NCBI GenBank assembly: GCA_947449315.1
Contig: CANFRC010000010.1
Coordinates: forward strand, 67,154 to 131,153
Direction: 5' to 3'
Origin: Bacteroidota bacterium
GTDB taxonomy: Bacteria; Bacteroidota; Bacteroidia; 2-12-FULL-35-15
DNA: 64,000 nt
Part shown: positions 40,418 through 50,657 of the stretch, piece after piece
Numbering within the stretch: position 1 is the first letter of the stretch
Layout: every line of letters starts with the position of its first letter
Program-made: the position numbers and the translations under genes
The notes under the pieces: model-generated
The model's database searches: none
What the model saw: the letters and a program-made list of their open reading frames with translations, nothing else
What the model was told of the DNA's origin: nothing

Positions 40418-40750
40418 CTAATGAGCATCAAAGAAAAACCGGAAATTGTTTTTCGACTGCATTTTATTCTCTATACATTTTATAGCTTTATCAATCAAGG
40501 CAGGATTATACCCTTCAGCCGAATAATCCATGATTGCATTTAATAAATTAGGTAAAGCGTCCGTTATCTGCACATAATCTTTGGCCGTGAATGACAGAAA
40601 ACATTGTGTGCTTGCAGAAAAAAAAACGATACAAAAGTCATCCTCCTGATCAACGACTATGATGTTATCGGATGAAAAGCTAGCAGGCAAAAGATTGTGT
40701 TTCTCGAGTTGAAAATAGATCTCTGTATTTTTTTTCGAAACGACAATCAT
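40418..40750 (-). CDS. Hypothetical protein (110 aa), 6 nt downstream of rsmB, probably co-transcribed
   Basis: Its start is 6 nt after the rsmB stop. No recognisable motif. Confidence 0.35.
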   Translation of the reverse strand: MIVVSKKNTEIYFQLEKHNLLPASFSSDNIIVVDQEDDFCIVFFSASTQCFLSFTAKDYVQITDALPNLLNAIMDYSAEGYNPALIDKAIKCIENKMQSKNNFRFFFDAH

Positions 40751-40756
40751 CTTTTT

Positions 40757-41959
40757 TTAATTAATTCGTTTTAAAGCAGCCATATAAAAACCATCAAAAC
40801 CTTCACTAGGCAATACTTTTCTATCTTCAATAAATTCGAAATTTTTATTACTTTCTAAAAACATTTTGACCTGATCTTGATTTTCACTTGGAAGAATGCT
40901 ACACGTTGCATAAACCATAATACCATCCAGCTTAAGCATTTGAGAATAATTAGCAAGGATCTCTTGCTGACTCACCCTGATTTTATTTAAAAAATCTAGA
41001 TTCAATTTCCATTTAGCATCTGGTGTTCTTCTGATTACACCCAATCCGGAACATGGGACATCTAAAAGCAACCTGTCAGCTGTATTTTTAAATTGATTTA
41101 TGGTTGTTGCATGTATCGTTTGAGTTTCAATGATACTGACTCCAGCACGAGCAGCTCGCTTTTTAAGTTCCTGCAATTTCCTTTCTTCCACATCCATTGA
41201 AATAATTCTACCCTTATTTTTCATCATTGCTGCAACATGCAGCGATTTTCCTCCCGCTCCGGCACAAGCGTCAATGATTGTTAAACCTTCCTTTAATTTC
41301 ATAAAAGGAGCTATCAATTGAGAGGACGCATCTTGAATCTCAAAAAAACCTTGTTTATATTCATTGGTTTGCTGAAGATTTTGACGCTTCAACAAAAGCA
41401 AAGCATCATTGTAATCACCAATTGGCAAGGTTTCAATTGCATCATCTTCCAACAATCTGTGAAGTTGTATTTTATTGATCTTAAGAGTATTTACTCTTAA
41501 GACAACTTGAGCTTCTTTATTTAATTCTTGTAACTCCCGCTCCCAAACAGTTTCCCCCAACTCTTCACTTCCTATTTCATCTAACCAATCAGGAATTGAT
41601 TCACGAAACTTCCTCACCTTTTTTGCTTTCGAATAATCCTCAAGTATTTTATTGATATCTAAAGACGCAAATTCTTCCCATGCAGGCAGCTCTATTTCAT
41701 TCATGATGAACCAAACACCAATCAATTTCCAAAATTGAAAATCCGTTTCTGCCTTTTCTATTGCTGCCGATTGTTCTATTAAACGCCACCAACGAACCAT
41801 TCCATAGGTCGTTTCTGCAATAAACCTTCTGTCGCGTGAACCCCAGCGTGAATTTTGCTTCAAAACCTGTTCAACAGCTTTGTCAGCATATACCCCTTCT
41901 ATAAAAATATGCTGAAGTGTATCAATTACAGCTTGAACAAGAGTTCGATGAAGTTTCAT
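40757..41959 (-). CDS. rsmB: 16S rRNA m5C methyltransferase, RsmB/Sun family
   Basis: DACAGAGGKS SAM motif. DVPCSGLGVIRR and VYATCS catalytic Cys motifs. Confidence 0.8.
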   Translation of the reverse strand: MKLHRTLVQAVIDTLQHIFIEGVYADKAVEQVLKQNSRWGSRDRRFIAETTYGMVRWWRLIEQSAAIEKAETDFQFWKLIGVWFIMNEIELPAWEEFASLDINKILEDYSKAKKVRKFRESIPDWLDEIGSEELGETVWERELQELNKEAQVVLRVNTLKINKIQLHRLLEDDAIETLPIGDYNDALLLLKRQNLQQTNEYKQGFFEIQDASSQLIAPFMKLKEGLTIIDACAGAGGKSLHVAAMMKNKGRIISMDVEERKLQELKKRAARAGVSIIETQTIHATTINQFKNTADRLLLDVPCSGLGVIRRTPDAKWKLNLDFLNKIRVSQQEILANYSQMLKLDGIMVYATCSILPSENQDQVKMFLESNKNFEFIEDRKVLPSEGFDGFYMAALKRIN

Positions 41960-42045
41960 TACGATTTAATTATATTAACTTTCTAATGTGCAAAAATACG
42001 TATTACTTGTTTTACAAAGCATATAAAAACATCAGTTAAAATCAG

Positions 42046-42053
42046 TATTTTTG
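42046..42053 (+). promoter_or_regulatory. Candidate -7 box TATTTTTG 4 nt upstream of the recR ATG (leaderless-type)
   Basis: TAnnTTTG motif at 42046-42053. The ATG is at 42058. Confidence 0.3.
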
Positions 42054-42057
42054 AACT

Positions 42058-42678
42058 ATGAATTTTTCATCGAAATTAATTGAAGACGCAGTCAACGAGT
42101 TCAGTAAATTACCTGGCGTTGGTAAACGAACTGCTCTGCGTTTTGTTTTGCATCTGATGAAGCAAAACCCGGCTGAAGTAAATCAGTTTGGAAATACATT
42201 CATTAAACTTCGATCAGAACTTCGTTATTGCGAAAAATGTCACAATGTTTCTGACAAACCATTGTGTGAAGTTTGTTCAAATCCTCACCGTGATCAGAGT
42301 TTGGTGTGTGTTGTAGAAGACATTAGAGATGTGATGGCTATTGAAAACACCATGCAATACAGAGGTGTTTATCACGTTTTAGGTGGAATCATTTCGCCAA
42401 TGGACGGGATAGGTCCAAGCGATTTGAACATTGAAACATTGGTGGAGAAAGCAAGTCAAGGTGTAATAAAAGAAGTGATAATGGCATTAAGCACAACAAT
42501 GGAAGGTGACACTACGAATTTTTATATCTACAAAAGACTGAAGGAACAAGACCTTACTGTTTCTACGATTGCCAGAGGAGTTTCCATCGGCGATGAATTG
42601 GAATATGCTGATGAGGTGACTTTAGGCCGTTCAATTGTTAACAGAACTCTTTACGAAAACTCATTGACCACCAGATGA
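42058..42678 (+). CDS. recR: Recombination protein RecR
   Basis: [12 protein letters not shown] helix-hairpin-helix. C4 zinc finger [16 protein letters not shown]. Toprim region. Confidence 0.9.
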   Translation: MNFSSKLIEDAVNEFSKLPGVGKRTALRFVLHLMKQNPAEVNQFGNTFIKLRSELRYCEKCHNVSDKPLCEVCSNPHRDQSLVCVVEDIRDVMAIENTMQYRGVYHVLGGIISPMDGIGPSDLNIETLVEKASQGVIKEVIMALSTTMEGDTTNFYIYKRLKEQDLTVSTIARGVSIGDELEYADEVTLGRSIVNRTLYENSLTTR

Positions 42679-44630
42679 AGTTAACTGTAATCATTGTCAA
42701 TTATAACGTTCAACATTTTTTGGAACAATGTCTTCATTCGGTAAGAAAAGCTTCAAAAAATGTTCTGACTGAAATCATTGTTGTCGACAACAACTCTGTG
42801 GATGGTTCCGTTCAGATGGTAAAAACAAAATTCCAGGAGGTACAACTCCTCGAAAATAAAAAGAATACCGGATTTTCATTTGCTAACAATCAGGGCCTGC
42901 GGGTTGCTAAAGGTGAATATGTTTTGCTTTTAAATCCAGACACTGTTGTAGAAGAAGACACCTTCGAAAAAGTAATTTCCTTTATGGATAAGCATCCTGA
43001 GGCAGGCGGACTGGGTGTTAAAATGCTGGATGGCAAAGGGAATTTTCTACCTGAATCAAAACGCGGATTACCTACACCTGCTGTTGCATTTTATAAAATA
43101 TTCGGATTCTCCAGATTATTCCCCCGTTCAAAAACATTTGGACAATACCACTTAGGTTTTTTAGATACAGACAAAACCAACGAAGTAGAAATACTTTCAG
43201 GCGCTTTTATGCTGATGAGAAAATCAGCGCTTGATAAGGTTGGTTTACTAGATGAAACTTTTTTTATGTATGGTGAAGATATTGATCTGTCGTACCGATT
43301 AATTTTAGGCGGCTACAAAAACTACTACTTCCCTGAAACACGTATTATTCACTACAAAGGCGAAAGCACCAAAAAAAGTAGTATCAACTACGTTTTTGTA
43401 TTTTACAAAGCGATGGTAATTTTTGCGCAAAAACATTTTTCGCAGAACAATGCAAAATTATTTTCATTCCTGATCAACATCGCGATATACCTTCGTGCTG
43501 GCGCAGCAATCATTATTCGATTTTTAAAATCAATTGCTCTCCCAACATTTGATTTCGGATTAATGATGGCAGGATTGGTATTAATAAAAGATTATTATGA
43601 AAAAAACATAAAGTTCATTGGTGGCGGCTCCTACTCCAACGCCTTAATCGGAATAGCTTTTCCAGCTTATATTCTCGTATGGATGTTTACCGTTTACTTG
43701 AGTGGTGGTTATGATAAACCTGTTCGTTTATTTAGAATTATGCGAGGAGTATCAGTAGGCACAGGAATTATTCTGATTATCTATTCTCTATTACCGGAAG
43801 AATATCGTTTCTCAAGAGCATTGATCTTATTGGGAATGGGCTGGGTAATGGTGTCGTATTTAATTTCCCGATTCACATTTCATGTGGCTGGATTTAGATC
43901 ATTTAATTTAAATCCTGACAAGAGTAAACGTATTGCCATTATAGGAAATCAGGAAGAGTTTGAACGCGTGAACGGATTATTAAAACAAACCAATATAAAC
44001 ACCAGCTTCTTAGGCTTTATCAGCGCAGATGGCAATGGCAACAACCATTCGGAATATGTTGGGAACATTGATCAGATTGAAGAAGTCATTGAGATCTATA
44101 AGATTAGCGAAGTCATATTTTGTTCTCGCGACATTTCCTCCCAAGGAATCATTGATTATATGCACACCCTTGTTTCAGCAAATGTTGATTTCAAAATTGC
44201 TCCTCCTGAAAGTTTATCCATCATTGGAAGCAACTCTATCGATACTGCTGGTGACCTTTACATGATTGATGTTAATTCTATTGGCAAACCAAAAAACAAA
44301 CGCAACAAACGTTTATTCGATTTCTTGTCAAGTGTGATATGTATCATCTGCTCCCCTATTTTAATTTTATTTCAGGACCAGAAGTTCGGCTTTTTGCAAA
44401 ATTGTTTTTCTGTTTTGTTTGGTTCAAAATCGTGGGTAGGATATGGAAACGACAAGCATGATCATCTTCCAAAAATTAAACCCTCTGTCCTTTCTCCTGC
44501 TGACGCTATTCATAATATGAACATTGCTGCCGATACGCGAAACCGTTTACATTTAGCCTATTCCAAAGATTATAAAATTGAGAACGATCTCCATATTGTT
44601 TGGAAAGCATTAAAAAAATTAGGACAATAA
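42675..44630 (+). CDS. Three-part fusion: N-terminal GT2 glycosyltransferase, central polytopic membrane region, C-terminal remnant of a bacterial sugar-transferase (polyprenyl-phosphate glycosyl-phosphotransferase) domain
   Basis: [18 protein letters not shown]...[10 protein letters not shown]...LLNPDT (GT2). About 6 TM helices in residues 250-400. [22 protein letters not shown], the canonical opening of the sugar-transferase domain, but only ~110 residues follow. Start overlaps the recR stop (ATGA). Confidence 0.6.
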   Translation: MKLTVIIVNYNVQHFLEQCLHSVRKASKNVLTEIIVVDNNSVDGSVQMVKTKFQEVQLLENKKNTGFSFANNQGLRVAKGEYVLLLNPDTVVEEDTFEKVISFMDKHPEAGGLGVKMLDGKGNFLPESKRGLPTPAVAFYKIFGFSRLFPRSKTFGQYHLGFLDTDKTNEVEILSGAFMLMRKSALDKVGLLDETFFMYGEDIDLSYRLILGGYKNYYFPETRIIHYKGESTKKSSINYVFVFYKAMVIFAQKHFSQNNAKLFSFLINIAIYLRAGAAIIIRFLKSIALPTFDFGLMMAGLVLIKDYYEKNIKFIGGGSYSNALIGIAFPAYILVWMFTVYLSGGYDKPVRLFRIMRGVSVGTGIILIIYSLLPEEYRFSRALILLGMGWVMVSYLISRFTFHVAGFRSFNLNPDKSKRIAIIGNQEEFERVNGLLKQTNINTSFLGFISADGNGNNHSEYVGNIDQIEEVIEIYKISEVIFCSRDISSQGIIDYMHTLVSANVDFKIAPPESLSIIGSNSIDTAGDLYMIDVNSIGKPKNKRNKRLFDFLSSVICIICSPILILFQDQKFGFLQNCFSVLFGSKSWVGYGNDKHDHLPKIKPSVLSPADAIHNMNIAADTRNRLHLAYSKDYKIENDLHIVWKALKKLGQ

Positions 44631-44642
44631 AATAGATCACTC

Positions 44643-47600
44643 ATGAAGCTCTCTCCTCTCAAAAAATATTTAACACGCTACTTTTCTTTTTTTATTTTAC
44701 TTCCGCTCTCCTATTCACAAACTGTTAATCCCCATCTTTTTAACGCTATGAAATGGCGGATGATCGGACCCTACAGAGGCGGCAGGACTGTTGGTTCATC
44801 GGGCGACTTGCAACATCCGAATGTATTTTACATCGGCGTTAACAATGGTGGTGTATGGAAAACAACTGATTACGGAAGAACATGGAATCCCATCTTTGAT
44901 GATCAACCTACCGGATCTATTGGTGATCTAGCTGTTGCACCATCCAATCCGAATACAATTTATGTAGGAAGCGGTGAGGGTTTGCAACGCCCTGATCTTT
45001 CAGAAGGAAATGGAATGTATAAATCGATTGATGCAGGAAAAACATGGTCGCATCTTGGATTGTCGGAAGGATTGCAAATTGGAGGTTTATCAATCGACCC
45101 GAAAGATGAGAACCGCGTATTTGTTGCTGTGCTAGGTCATCCCTATGGTCCGAACAAGGAAAGAGGTATTTACAGAACCATTGATGGAGGTAAAAATTGG
45201 GAGAAGGTATTATTCGTTGATGAAAATACAGGAGCTGTTCAGGTGACTATTGACCCATCCGATTCAAAAATTATTTATGCCGATCTATGGGCAGGAAGAT
45301 TAGCGCCATGGGAAAATGGACGATGGTCAGGTACAGGAAGCGGTTTGTTTAAATCAATAGATGGAGGAACAACATGGAAACAATTAAAAAACGGCTTACC
45401 AGGAAAACAGGATGGCTTAACTCGCATCGGATTTTGCATTGCGCCTTCTGATCACAATCGCTTATATGCCCTTGCTTCCGCAAATGAAAAAAAAGGCGGA
45501 TTGTACCGGACCGATGATGGCGGAGAATCATGGATAATGATAAATAGTGACATCCGTTTGTGGGACAGAGGAGATGATTTTGCTGAATTGAAAGTAGATC
45601 CCAAAAATAAAGATATGGTCTATGATGCCAATGTGGTAGTATGGAAATCGCTTGATGGAGGAAAAACATTTTATGGTTTTAAGGGAGCGCCAGGAGGCGA
45701 TGACTACCACCGTATTTGGATCAATCCGAATAATACAGATATTATATTATTGTCGAGCGACCAAGGCGCTGCAATAACTGTAAATGGTGGAGAAACATGG
45801 AGCTCCTGGTACAATCAGCCGACAGCTCAATTGTATCATGTAAGTGCCGACAACGCTTTTCCGTATAATGTTTATAGCGGACAGCAAGAAAGCGGGTCTG
45901 TTGGCATTTCGTCCCGAGGAAATGATGGCGCTATTTCTTTCCGCGATTGGCATCCCGTAGGTGCAGAAGAATATGGTTATGTTGTGGCCGATCCATTAGA
46001 TCCGAACATTATTTTTGGAGGTAAAATTTCTAAATACGATAAACGAACAGGGCAAACTCAAGATATTTCTCCGGATGTTTTGCATGCTAATAAGTATAGA
46101 TTTATTCGTACCGCACCCATATTGTTTTCACCCATCGATAAAAAAACATTGTTTTTTGCTGGCAATGTTTTATTCAAAACATGTGATGCAGGAAATTCAT
46201 GGCAAGTGGTTAGTCCCGATCTTACCCGCACAAAATATGATGTTGCGGAGTGTATTGGCATTTACAAAACAGAATCAATGAAGTCGATGCCACAACGTGG
46301 AGTTATTTATACCATTGCATTATCTCCTTTGGATAGCAATTTAATTTGGGTCGGCACAGATGACGGATGGATTCAAGTAACCAAAGATGGAGGAAAGAAT
46401 TGGAAAAATGTAACACCACCAGCTGTAAATTCTTGGAGCAAAATCTCATTGATGGAAGCAAGTCATACAGATACAAATGAAGCGTATGCTGCAGTGAACA
46501 GAATTCGTTTGGACGATCAGAAACCTCATATTTATAGGACAAAAGACGGTGGAAAAACATGGACCGAAATAGTAACAGGATTACCAAATGATCCAATTAA
46601 TGTTGTAAAAGAAGACCCCTACCAAAAAGGATTATTGTTTGCCGGATCTGAAACGGCTGTTTATGTTTCTTTTGATGATGGTGATAATTGGCAGACCCTA
46701 CGATTAAATATGCCGGCAACTTCCATCCGAGACTTGATCATAAAAGAGGATGACATTGTTGTAGCAACCCATGGCCGCTCGTTCTGGATCCTAGATGATA
46801 TCACTCCATTGCGACAAATTAACTCGGGTACAGTTCAAGATGTTATTTTATATAAACCAGAAACAAGTTACCGTGTGCGTTGGAATCTAAATACAGATAC
46901 GCCACTTCCACAAGAAGAGCCTGCTGGGAAAAACCCTCCTGACGGAATAATCATCAATTATTATTTGAAAGAAAAATCAAATTCAGAAGTTACATTGGAC
47001 ATCAGAGATGCAAGAGGAATGACTGTTCGCCATTTCAGTTCAAAAGATACAATGTATACAATTCCAGATGTGAATATCCCATTATATTGGATACGACCAC
47101 AACAACTCATTTCATCTGAAGCTGGCTCACATCGTTTTGTATGGGACATGCATTACAAACCCCTGAATCTACCACCAGCGTATCCCATTGCTGCTATTTA
47201 TGGCGATACGCCTCCGAATCCGACTTCCCCTTGGTTGATGCCCGGAACGTATACTGTTCTTCTAACTGTAAACAATGGCACTTCTGGAAAGCAAGGAAAT
47301 GTGTATTCACAACCTCTTGAAATAAAAATGGACCCGAGGGTAAAAACAAGCCTAGCTGATCTTCAACAGCAGCACGATCTTTCTGTCTTGGTTTATTTAG
47401 ATAATGAAAAAACGCTGGATATTATTCAACAATTACAGTCATTGAAAGAACAAATTAAAAATTTGAAAAGCTCCTCTAAAAATAAATTTTCTTCCATCAC
47501 GGATTTGAATCATCAAATCAATGAGTTTGCAAAATTTCAAAATTCACTTTCCGGATCTTTGAATGCTCTTTTAAATAATTTGCAAGGTGCTGATGTAAAA

Positions 47601-47750
47601 CCAACAATTCAGGCTGTCACAGCTGCTACCAAAGCACACGAAAATTTTGAAACAAGCTTAAAAAAATGGGAGGAATTGAAACTCAAGCTGACGTTATTTA
47701 ATAAAGGATTGGAAAAAGGAAACACATTAGTTTTTAAAACGGGAGAATAA
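44643..47750 (+). CDS. Secreted BNR/Asp-box repeat protein with tandem beta-propellers (GH74 / sortilin-VPS10-like) and a C-terminal coiled-coil tail
   Basis: Signal peptide. At least 11 Asp-box motifs (TTDYGRTW, SIDAGKTW, TIDGGKNW, SIDGGTTW, TDDGGESW, SLDGGKTF, VNGGETW, CDAGNSW, TKDGGKNW, TKDGGKTW, FDDGDNW). The last ~150 aa are heptad-like (LQSLKEQIKNLKSS...). Confidence 0.7.
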   Translation: MKLSPLKKYLTRYFSFFILLPLSYSQTVNPHLFNAMKWRMIGPYRGGRTVGSSGDLQHPNVFYIGVNNGGVWKTTDYGRTWNPIFDDQPTGSIGDLAVAPSNPNTIYVGSGEGLQRPDLSEGNGMYKSIDAGKTWSHLGLSEGLQIGGLSIDPKDENRVFVAVLGHPYGPNKERGIYRTIDGGKNWEKVLFVDENTGAVQVTIDPSDSKIIYADLWAGRLAPWENGRWSGTGSGLFKSIDGGTTWKQLKNGLPGKQDGLTRIGFCIAPSDHNRLYALASANEKKGGLYRTDDGGESWIMINSDIRLWDRGDDFAELKVDPKNKDMVYDANVVVWKSLDGGKTFYGFKGAPGGDDYHRIWINPNNTDIILLSSDQGAAITVNGGETWSSWYNQPTAQLYHVSADNAFPYNVYSGQQESGSVGISSRGNDGAISFRDWHPVGAEEYGYVVADPLDPNIIFGGKISKYDKRTGQTQDISPDVLHANKYRFIRTAPILFSPIDKKTLFFAGNVLFKTCDAGNSWQVVSPDLTRTKYDVAECIGIYKTESMKSMPQRGVIYTIALSPLDSNLIWVGTDDGWIQVTKDGGKNWKNVTPPAVNSWSKISLMEASHTDTNEAYAAVNRIRLDDQKPHIYRTKDGGKTWTEIVTGLPNDPINVVKEDPYQKGLLFAGSETAVYVSFDDGDNWQTLRLNMPATSIRDLIIKEDDIVVATHGRSFWILDDITPLRQINSGTVQDVILYKPETSYRVRWNLNTDTPLPQEEPAGKNPPDGIIINYYLKEKSNSEVTLDIRDARGMTVRHFSSKDTMYTIPDVNIPLYWIRPQQLISSEAGSHRFVWDMHYKPLNLPPAYPIAAIYGDTPPNPTSPWLMPGTYTVLLTVNNGTSGKQGNVYSQPLEIKMDPRVKTSLADLQQQHDLSVLVYLDNEKTLDIIQQLQSLKEQIKNLKSSSKNKFSSITDLNHQINEFAKFQNSLSGSLNALLNNLQGADVKPTIQAVTAATKAHENFETSLKKWEELKLKLTLFNKGLEKGNTLVFKTGE

Positions 47751-47751
47751 A

Positions 47752-48264
47752 TTATTTTTTTGCAGACCTTGCTCTCAATAAAATATCAAACAACTGGGCT
47801 GTAGCAACTGCATCCCCCTCTGCTCTGTGTCGCGCATTATTGGGGATACCTAAAGATTCGCAGAGTTTACCAAAGCTATAGGATTTTTTTCCAGGAATCA
47901 ATTTTCGGCTCATTTGAACCGTACATAATTTTTCTCGCTCATACTGAAAACCTAAAGAAGCGAATTCTCCTTTTATAAAATTATAATCGAAACTAACGTT
48001 GTGCGCTACAAATGTTTTGTTTTCTGTCAACTCATGAATTTTTTTTGCCACCTGATGGAATTTGGGAGCATCTTTTACCATTTCATTCGTGATACCTGTA
48101 ATATTCGTATAAAGGGGAGCAATGTAACATTCGGGATTGATCAACGTACTGAATTTTTCTACCACCGTTAAACCATCGTGAATCAAAATACATATTTCAG
48201 TAATTCGACCTTGAGGAAAATTAAATTTACCTCCACATGTTTCTATGTCAATAATTGCAAACAT
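47752..48264 (-). CDS. DnaQ-like 3'-5' exonuclease (DEDDh family)
   Basis: MFAIIDIETCGG Exo I motif. FVAHNVSFD Exo II. HRAEGDAVAT Exo III. Confidence 0.75.
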   Translation of the reverse strand: MFAIIDIETCGGKFNFPQGRITEICILIHDGLTVVEKFSTLINPECYIAPLYTNITGITNEMVKDAPKFHQVAKKIHELTENKTFVAHNVSFDYNFIKGEFASLGFQYEREKLCTVQMSRKLIPGKKSYSFGKLCESLGIPNNARHRAEGDAVATAQLFDILLRARSAKK

Positions 48265-48435
48265 TTAAACAAAGATAAAAATTATGTCTTTCAATAATGT
48301 TTTACTTGAAACGAACGTCCTGCCCATTTTCCATGTGAGGGTCGGAAATAATTATTTTATATTTTTTAGACAATAACCTGCTTGAAAGACGGTATAAAGG
48401 GCTTTTTTTGTTTATTGGGGTCGAAAAAACGTAAA

Positions 48436-48481
48436 TATTTTTGTAGAATTGCGTTCTGATTCTAAAAAAAAACTATATTTG
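48436..48481 (+). promoter_or_regulatory. Promoter region of rplS with two TAnnTTTG -7 boxes (TATTTTTG at 48436-48443, TATATTTG at 48474-48481)
   Basis: Exact matches to the Bacteroidota sigma-A -7 consensus, 50-95 nt upstream of the rplS ATG. Confidence 0.45.
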
Positions 48482-48531
48482 CAGTCCTTTTTGGAGGAAG
48501 AACTGTTTAATACATTATAAAACAAAGAGTT

Positions 48532-48882
48532 ATGAGCACATTATTAAAATTCGTTGAAGAGACATTGGGAGTAAAGACAAGTCACCCTAAATTTAAAGCG
48601 GGAGACACTGTTACTGTACACTATAAAATTAAAGAAGGTGAAAAAGAACGCGTTCAGCAATACCAAGGTGTTGTAATTCAACGCAAAGGTTCAGGAAATA
48701 CAGAATCGTTTACCGTTCGTAAAATGAGTAACTCTGTAGGTGTTGAGCGTATCTTCCCTGTTGCTTCACCGTTTATCGATAAAGTAGAAATTAACAAAGT
48801 AGGTGTTGTACGTAGAGCTCGTTTATTCTACTTACGCGAATTGACTGGAAAAGCAGCTCGTATCGCTGAAAAGAAACAATAA
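48532..48882 (+). CDS. rplS: 50S ribosomal protein L19
   Basis: [33 protein letters not shown]...FTVRK...GVERIFPV. Confidence 0.9.
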   Translation: MSTLLKFVEETLGVKTSHPKFKAGDTVTVHYKIKEGEKERVQQYQGVVIQRKGSGNTESFTVRKMSNSVGVERIFPVASPFIDKVEINKVGVVRRARLFYLRELTGKAARIAEKKQ

Positions 48883-48902
48883 TTGGTTTAAATTATTTAT
48901 AA

Positions 48903-48940
48903 AAACCCTTTCCGCTTTCGTGGACGGGGTTTTTTATTTG
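48903..48940 (+). terminator. Probable rho-independent terminator after rplS
   Basis: AAACCCTTTCCG...CGGACGGGGTTTTTTATTT, an imperfect GC stem followed by a T-run. Confidence 0.5.
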
Positions 48941-48985
48941 CACCTGATCCCTAGCCTTTATTAATAAAGGGGAGATTCATAGAAT

Positions 48986-50575
48986 ATGACAATAAAAGAA
49001 GAAATAGAAAGACGCAGAACATTTGGGATCATCGCCCATCCTGATGCCGGTAAAACAACTCTTACAGAGAAATTACTGTTGTTTGGCGGCGCTATTCAAA
49101 CTGCAGGTGCCGTAAAATCGAATAAGATAAAAAAGCATACCACTTCCGATTTCATGGAAATTGAGCGCCAGCGCGGGATCTCTGTTGCGACTTCCGTTAT
49201 GGGTTTTGAATACAAAGGCGTAAAGATCAATTTGCTGGATACCCCCGGCCACGAAGACTTTGCAGAAGATACGTATAGAACCCTTACAGCAGTTGACAGT
49301 GTGGTCATGCTGATTGACTGTGCAAAAGGTGTGGAGCCTCAAACACGCAAACTTTTAGAAGTTTGTCGCATGCGAAGCACGCCTGTTATCGTATTTATTA
49401 ATAAAATGGATCGTGAAGGGAAAGACCCTTTTGATTTATTAGAAGAAATTGAGAAAGAGTTACGCATCGACCTTCGTCCTTTAAGTTGGCCGATAAGTAT
49501 CGGCAAAACATTTAAAGGTGTTTATAATCTTTATGAAAAAAGCTTAACACTTTTTAACTCCGGTGAAAAGCAAACGGATGAAAATTCAGTTGAAATAAAG
49601 GATCTCAACGATGGCACATTGGATAAATTGATTGGTGAAGACTATGCCAATACGCTAAGAAGTGATGTTGAGTTACTGGAAGCTGGCTATCCTAAGTTTG
49701 AAATAGAAGAATATTCCGAAGCAATGGTTTCACCCGTATTTTTTGGAAGTGCTGTTAATAATTTTGGTGTACGAGAACTATTAGATGCTTTCATTCGAAT
49801 CGCTCCCGCTCCGAAAGGGAGAACAACAGATACCAGAGAAGTGAAGCCGGAAGATAAAAATTTTAGTGGTTTTGTTTTTAAGATACATGCCAATCTTGAC
49901 CCTAAACACCGCGACAGAATTGCCTTTTTAAGAATTGTTTCTGGAAAATTCGAACGCAATAAAAACTATTACCATGTCCGCGAAAACAGAAGCATGAAAT
50001 TTTCGAATCCTACCGCATTTATGGCGCAAGATAAAAGTGTGGTAGATGAAGCCTTTCCAGGTGACATCATTGGTTTGTACGACTCAAGCAATTTCAAGAT
50101 TGGCGATACATTAACAGAGGGCGAAAAAATGAATTACAAAGGCATTCCACAATTCTCGCCTGAGTTATTTAAATATGTAGTAAATGCCGATCCAATGAAA
50201 ACCAAGCAGCTGAACAAAGGCTTGGAGCAATTGACAGATGAAGGTGTGGCACAGTTATTCACGAAAAGGACGGATAATCGCAAGGTATTAGGAACCGTTG
50301 GAGCTTTGCAATTTGAAGTGATCCAACATCGTTTAAAAAGCGAATATTCTGCTTCCTGTAATTTCGAACACATCTCATTATTTAAGGCTTGCTGGATCAG
50401 CTCTAAAGATGCCAAAAAGTTGGAAGGCTTTATTTTTGAGAAAGCACATCACATGGCTACGGATAAAGAAGACCGACCTGTATTTTTAGCCGAATCGCCC
50501 TGGGCATTGCAAATGGCGCAGGAGAAAAATCCAGATATCAAGTTTCATTTCATCTCAGAATTTAAGGACGAATAA
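48986..50575 (+). CDS. prfC: Peptide chain release factor 3
   Basis: RTFGIIAHPDAGKTTLTEKLL G1 motif. DTPGHEDF G3. NKMDR G4. 529 aa. Confidence 0.9.
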   Translation: MTIKEEIERRRTFGIIAHPDAGKTTLTEKLLLFGGAIQTAGAVKSNKIKKHTTSDFMEIERQRGISVATSVMGFEYKGVKINLLDTPGHEDFAEDTYRTLTAVDSVVMLIDCAKGVEPQTRKLLEVCRMRSTPVIVFINKMDREGKDPFDLLEEIEKELRIDLRPLSWPISIGKTFKGVYNLYEKSLTLFNSGEKQTDENSVEIKDLNDGTLDKLIGEDYANTLRSDVELLEAGYPKFEIEEYSEAMVSPVFFGSAVNNFGVRELLDAFIRIAPAPKGRTTDTREVKPEDKNFSGFVFKIHANLDPKHRDRIAFLRIVSGKFERNKNYYHVRENRSMKFSNPTAFMAQDKSVVDEAFPGDIIGLYDSSNFKIGDTLTEGEKMNYKGIPQFSPELFKYVVNADPMKTKQLNKGLEQLTDEGVAQLFTKRTDNRKVLGTVGALQFEVIQHRLKSEYSASCNFEHISLFKACWISSKDAKKLEGFIFEKAHHMATDKEDRPVFLAESPWALQMAQEKNPDIKFHFISEFKDE

Positions 50576-50602
50576 TGTTATTATTCCGAATGATAACCAA
50601 TA

Positions 50603-50645
50603 AAAAATCCCGCTCCGAAATTTACGGAGCGGGATTTTTATTATT
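50603..50645. terminator. Bidirectional rho-independent terminator between prfC and the convergent T9SS cargo gene
   Basis: AATCCCGCTCCG-AAATTTA-CGGAGCGGGATT perfect 12-bp stem, flanked by an A-run and a T-run. Confidence 0.85.
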
Positions 50646-50657
50646 ACTTGTTCTAAA

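Noticed and set aside
48986-50575. Possible programmed +1 frameshift of the kind found in release-factor genes
   Set aside because: The gene is prfC (RF3, a GTPase) and reads as one uninterrupted frame. The autoregulatory frameshift belongs to prfB (RF2), which is not in this window.
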